Origin: Veleropilina oligotropha
Lineage: Eukaryota
DNA: 64,000 nucleotides
Direction: 5' to 3'
Assembly: GCA_048128005.1 (NCBI GenBank)
Contig: JBEUKZ010000067.1
Coordinates: 124,001-188,000, forward strand
Position 1 is the first letter of the stretch. Each line of letters begins with the position of its first letter. The position numbers and the translations under genes are program-made. A model generated the notes under the pieces. The model was not told the origin of the DNA and ran no database searches. It worked only from the letters and a program-made list of their open reading frames with translations. This document shows positions 62,416 through 64,000 of this stretch, one piece after another.

Positions 62416-64000
62416 TGTGCTAAATGAGACAATAAAACCCATTTAATATCAATGTAAAGCAAGCCATACGAAATCGGATGATAATGTAAATGAAGTAAGC
62501 TGTTAATTTCCAGAACAGGATATTTGGACTCTGCTGATCGATTATAGTATTAATAATTATATCCTGTTGTATCATCCCGATTACAATGTGTGTACCCAAG
62601 ATGTTTATCAGGCTTGTACAAATCGGATTAATCCACATTTAGCAAGTTGGGAAAACCTCAATCACAGAGTATCCATTCCATGAAGAAGATAATTATAATT
62701 TACACATCATATTTATTTCCTTGAATATTTATTGATGTCGGCTCCACTGAAATCATGCTACTTGCTTTATAACATCGTCTTCGCTACTTCCATAACCTCA
62801 GTCATTCATTAACAAGATTTGATTCCATGTTTTTGTACAGATAGAAGCAGCACACGGGATATCTGCAATTCGTGCTATGGTGCTACAATTACCTTGGAAG
62901 GTACAACAGAACGGTGGCACGATTTACCCCAATCCACTTTATATTTATTAAAATCGGAGTCATAGGTACATTTAATTGTAATAATATGTCGACACAATCA
63001 TTCATAGAGCTTCAACACATGATTTTAATAAGTTATAAGTATGTATAAACATAGATTACGGCAAAATCGCGATTGCGACTTTGTAGATTTGCCCAATCTA
63101 GCCTATCGCCAAGTCTAGACTGGTCATAATTAAACATACCTTTCCGAACATGCTGTCTTTAATTCAACATTGGCAACTATATTATTTCCAAAATGATTTA
63201 CTTGCAAAACAACAACTTTTTGGCGATAATATTCGCTAATTTTGGCATAAAACGCACGCCGCAATTATCGGTCGGCCGCCGGTGTTTGTTTTCAATAATC
63301 GCCCATGACTTCTACTATCCGTATTGCTAACAATTTAATCATGGTCATATAATATTATAGGTCTGTTTCTGAATAATGAAACAAAAGTTTTAAACTACTT
63401 TAATTGTTAAATTTAAGATAAATTTGAAACATTGTCTTAGCCTAGTCGTTGTTTTGGGAGTTATTTATAAATTGTATGTCTTTACTTTATTATCTGTTCA
63501 CCATGCTCTCATTTTTTATTTTTTATTTTTTAGGGTAAAAAGTGAAGTACGAAAAAATTATTATAAAAAAGACAGAACATGAAATAAAATTACCGATTAC
63601 TACGTCTTTGCATTTCTTTTTTGTAAGCGGGAATGTATGATGTGTGATTTTAAAATAAATTGTCGTAATTATGTAATATGACTTAGACCATCTTACGTGA
63701 TGGACCTCAATATGCACAGATAGGTTCAACAGTAAATATTCAGCTACGAATCCATGAGGGTATTTGTCGAAATGTTTACAAATAAGTAAGAACGAATTTA
63801 TGTGTTAAATTTTTAAACTTTTATTTTCAAGATAATATATATATGGAATGAACGTAATTATATGACAGAACAAGAGATCACAGCTCTAATTTAAGATGCC
63901 GTTCGTTCCGCGCCACAAATTTGGAAGACCACATCTGTGTGAAAGTTATTATATTACAAATAAATGTCGAGCACATAATTTTACACAGCACGCAGGCCTG

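Overview
AT-rich, intron- and transposon-rich animal DNA, most likely from an invertebrate; the species cannot be determined from the window. (1) Bases 1 to ~7.9 kb are the GC-rich, intronless end of an integrated Polinton/adintovirus-like dsDNA virus. It encodes an A32/FtsK packaging ATPase (missed by the ORF track), a probable double jelly-roll major capsid protein, a frameshifted probable penton and a GC-rich subterminal repeat array. It also encodes at least three predicted membrane proteins, one starting with tandem ESCRT late-domain-like motifs (PSAP + LYPxL), and a signal-peptide ORF. (2) Bases 8982-48224 on the minus strand hold a complete host carboxypeptidase Q (CPQ, M28 family) gene of 14 coding exons, reconstructed by hand to 474 aa. 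(3) The CPQ introns hold a full-length DIRS retrotransposon, a Penelope fragment with hammerhead ribozymes, a pogo derivative with a nested solo LTR, non-autonomous Helitrons, a Helentron-like element, nested DNA transposons and SINEs. (4) Upstream of CPQ lie a CR1-group LINE with a 2A-like peptide and a long-TIR MULE whose spliced transposase is fused to PHD and OTU-like protease domains. All family assignments come from motif recognition by eye, not from database searches.
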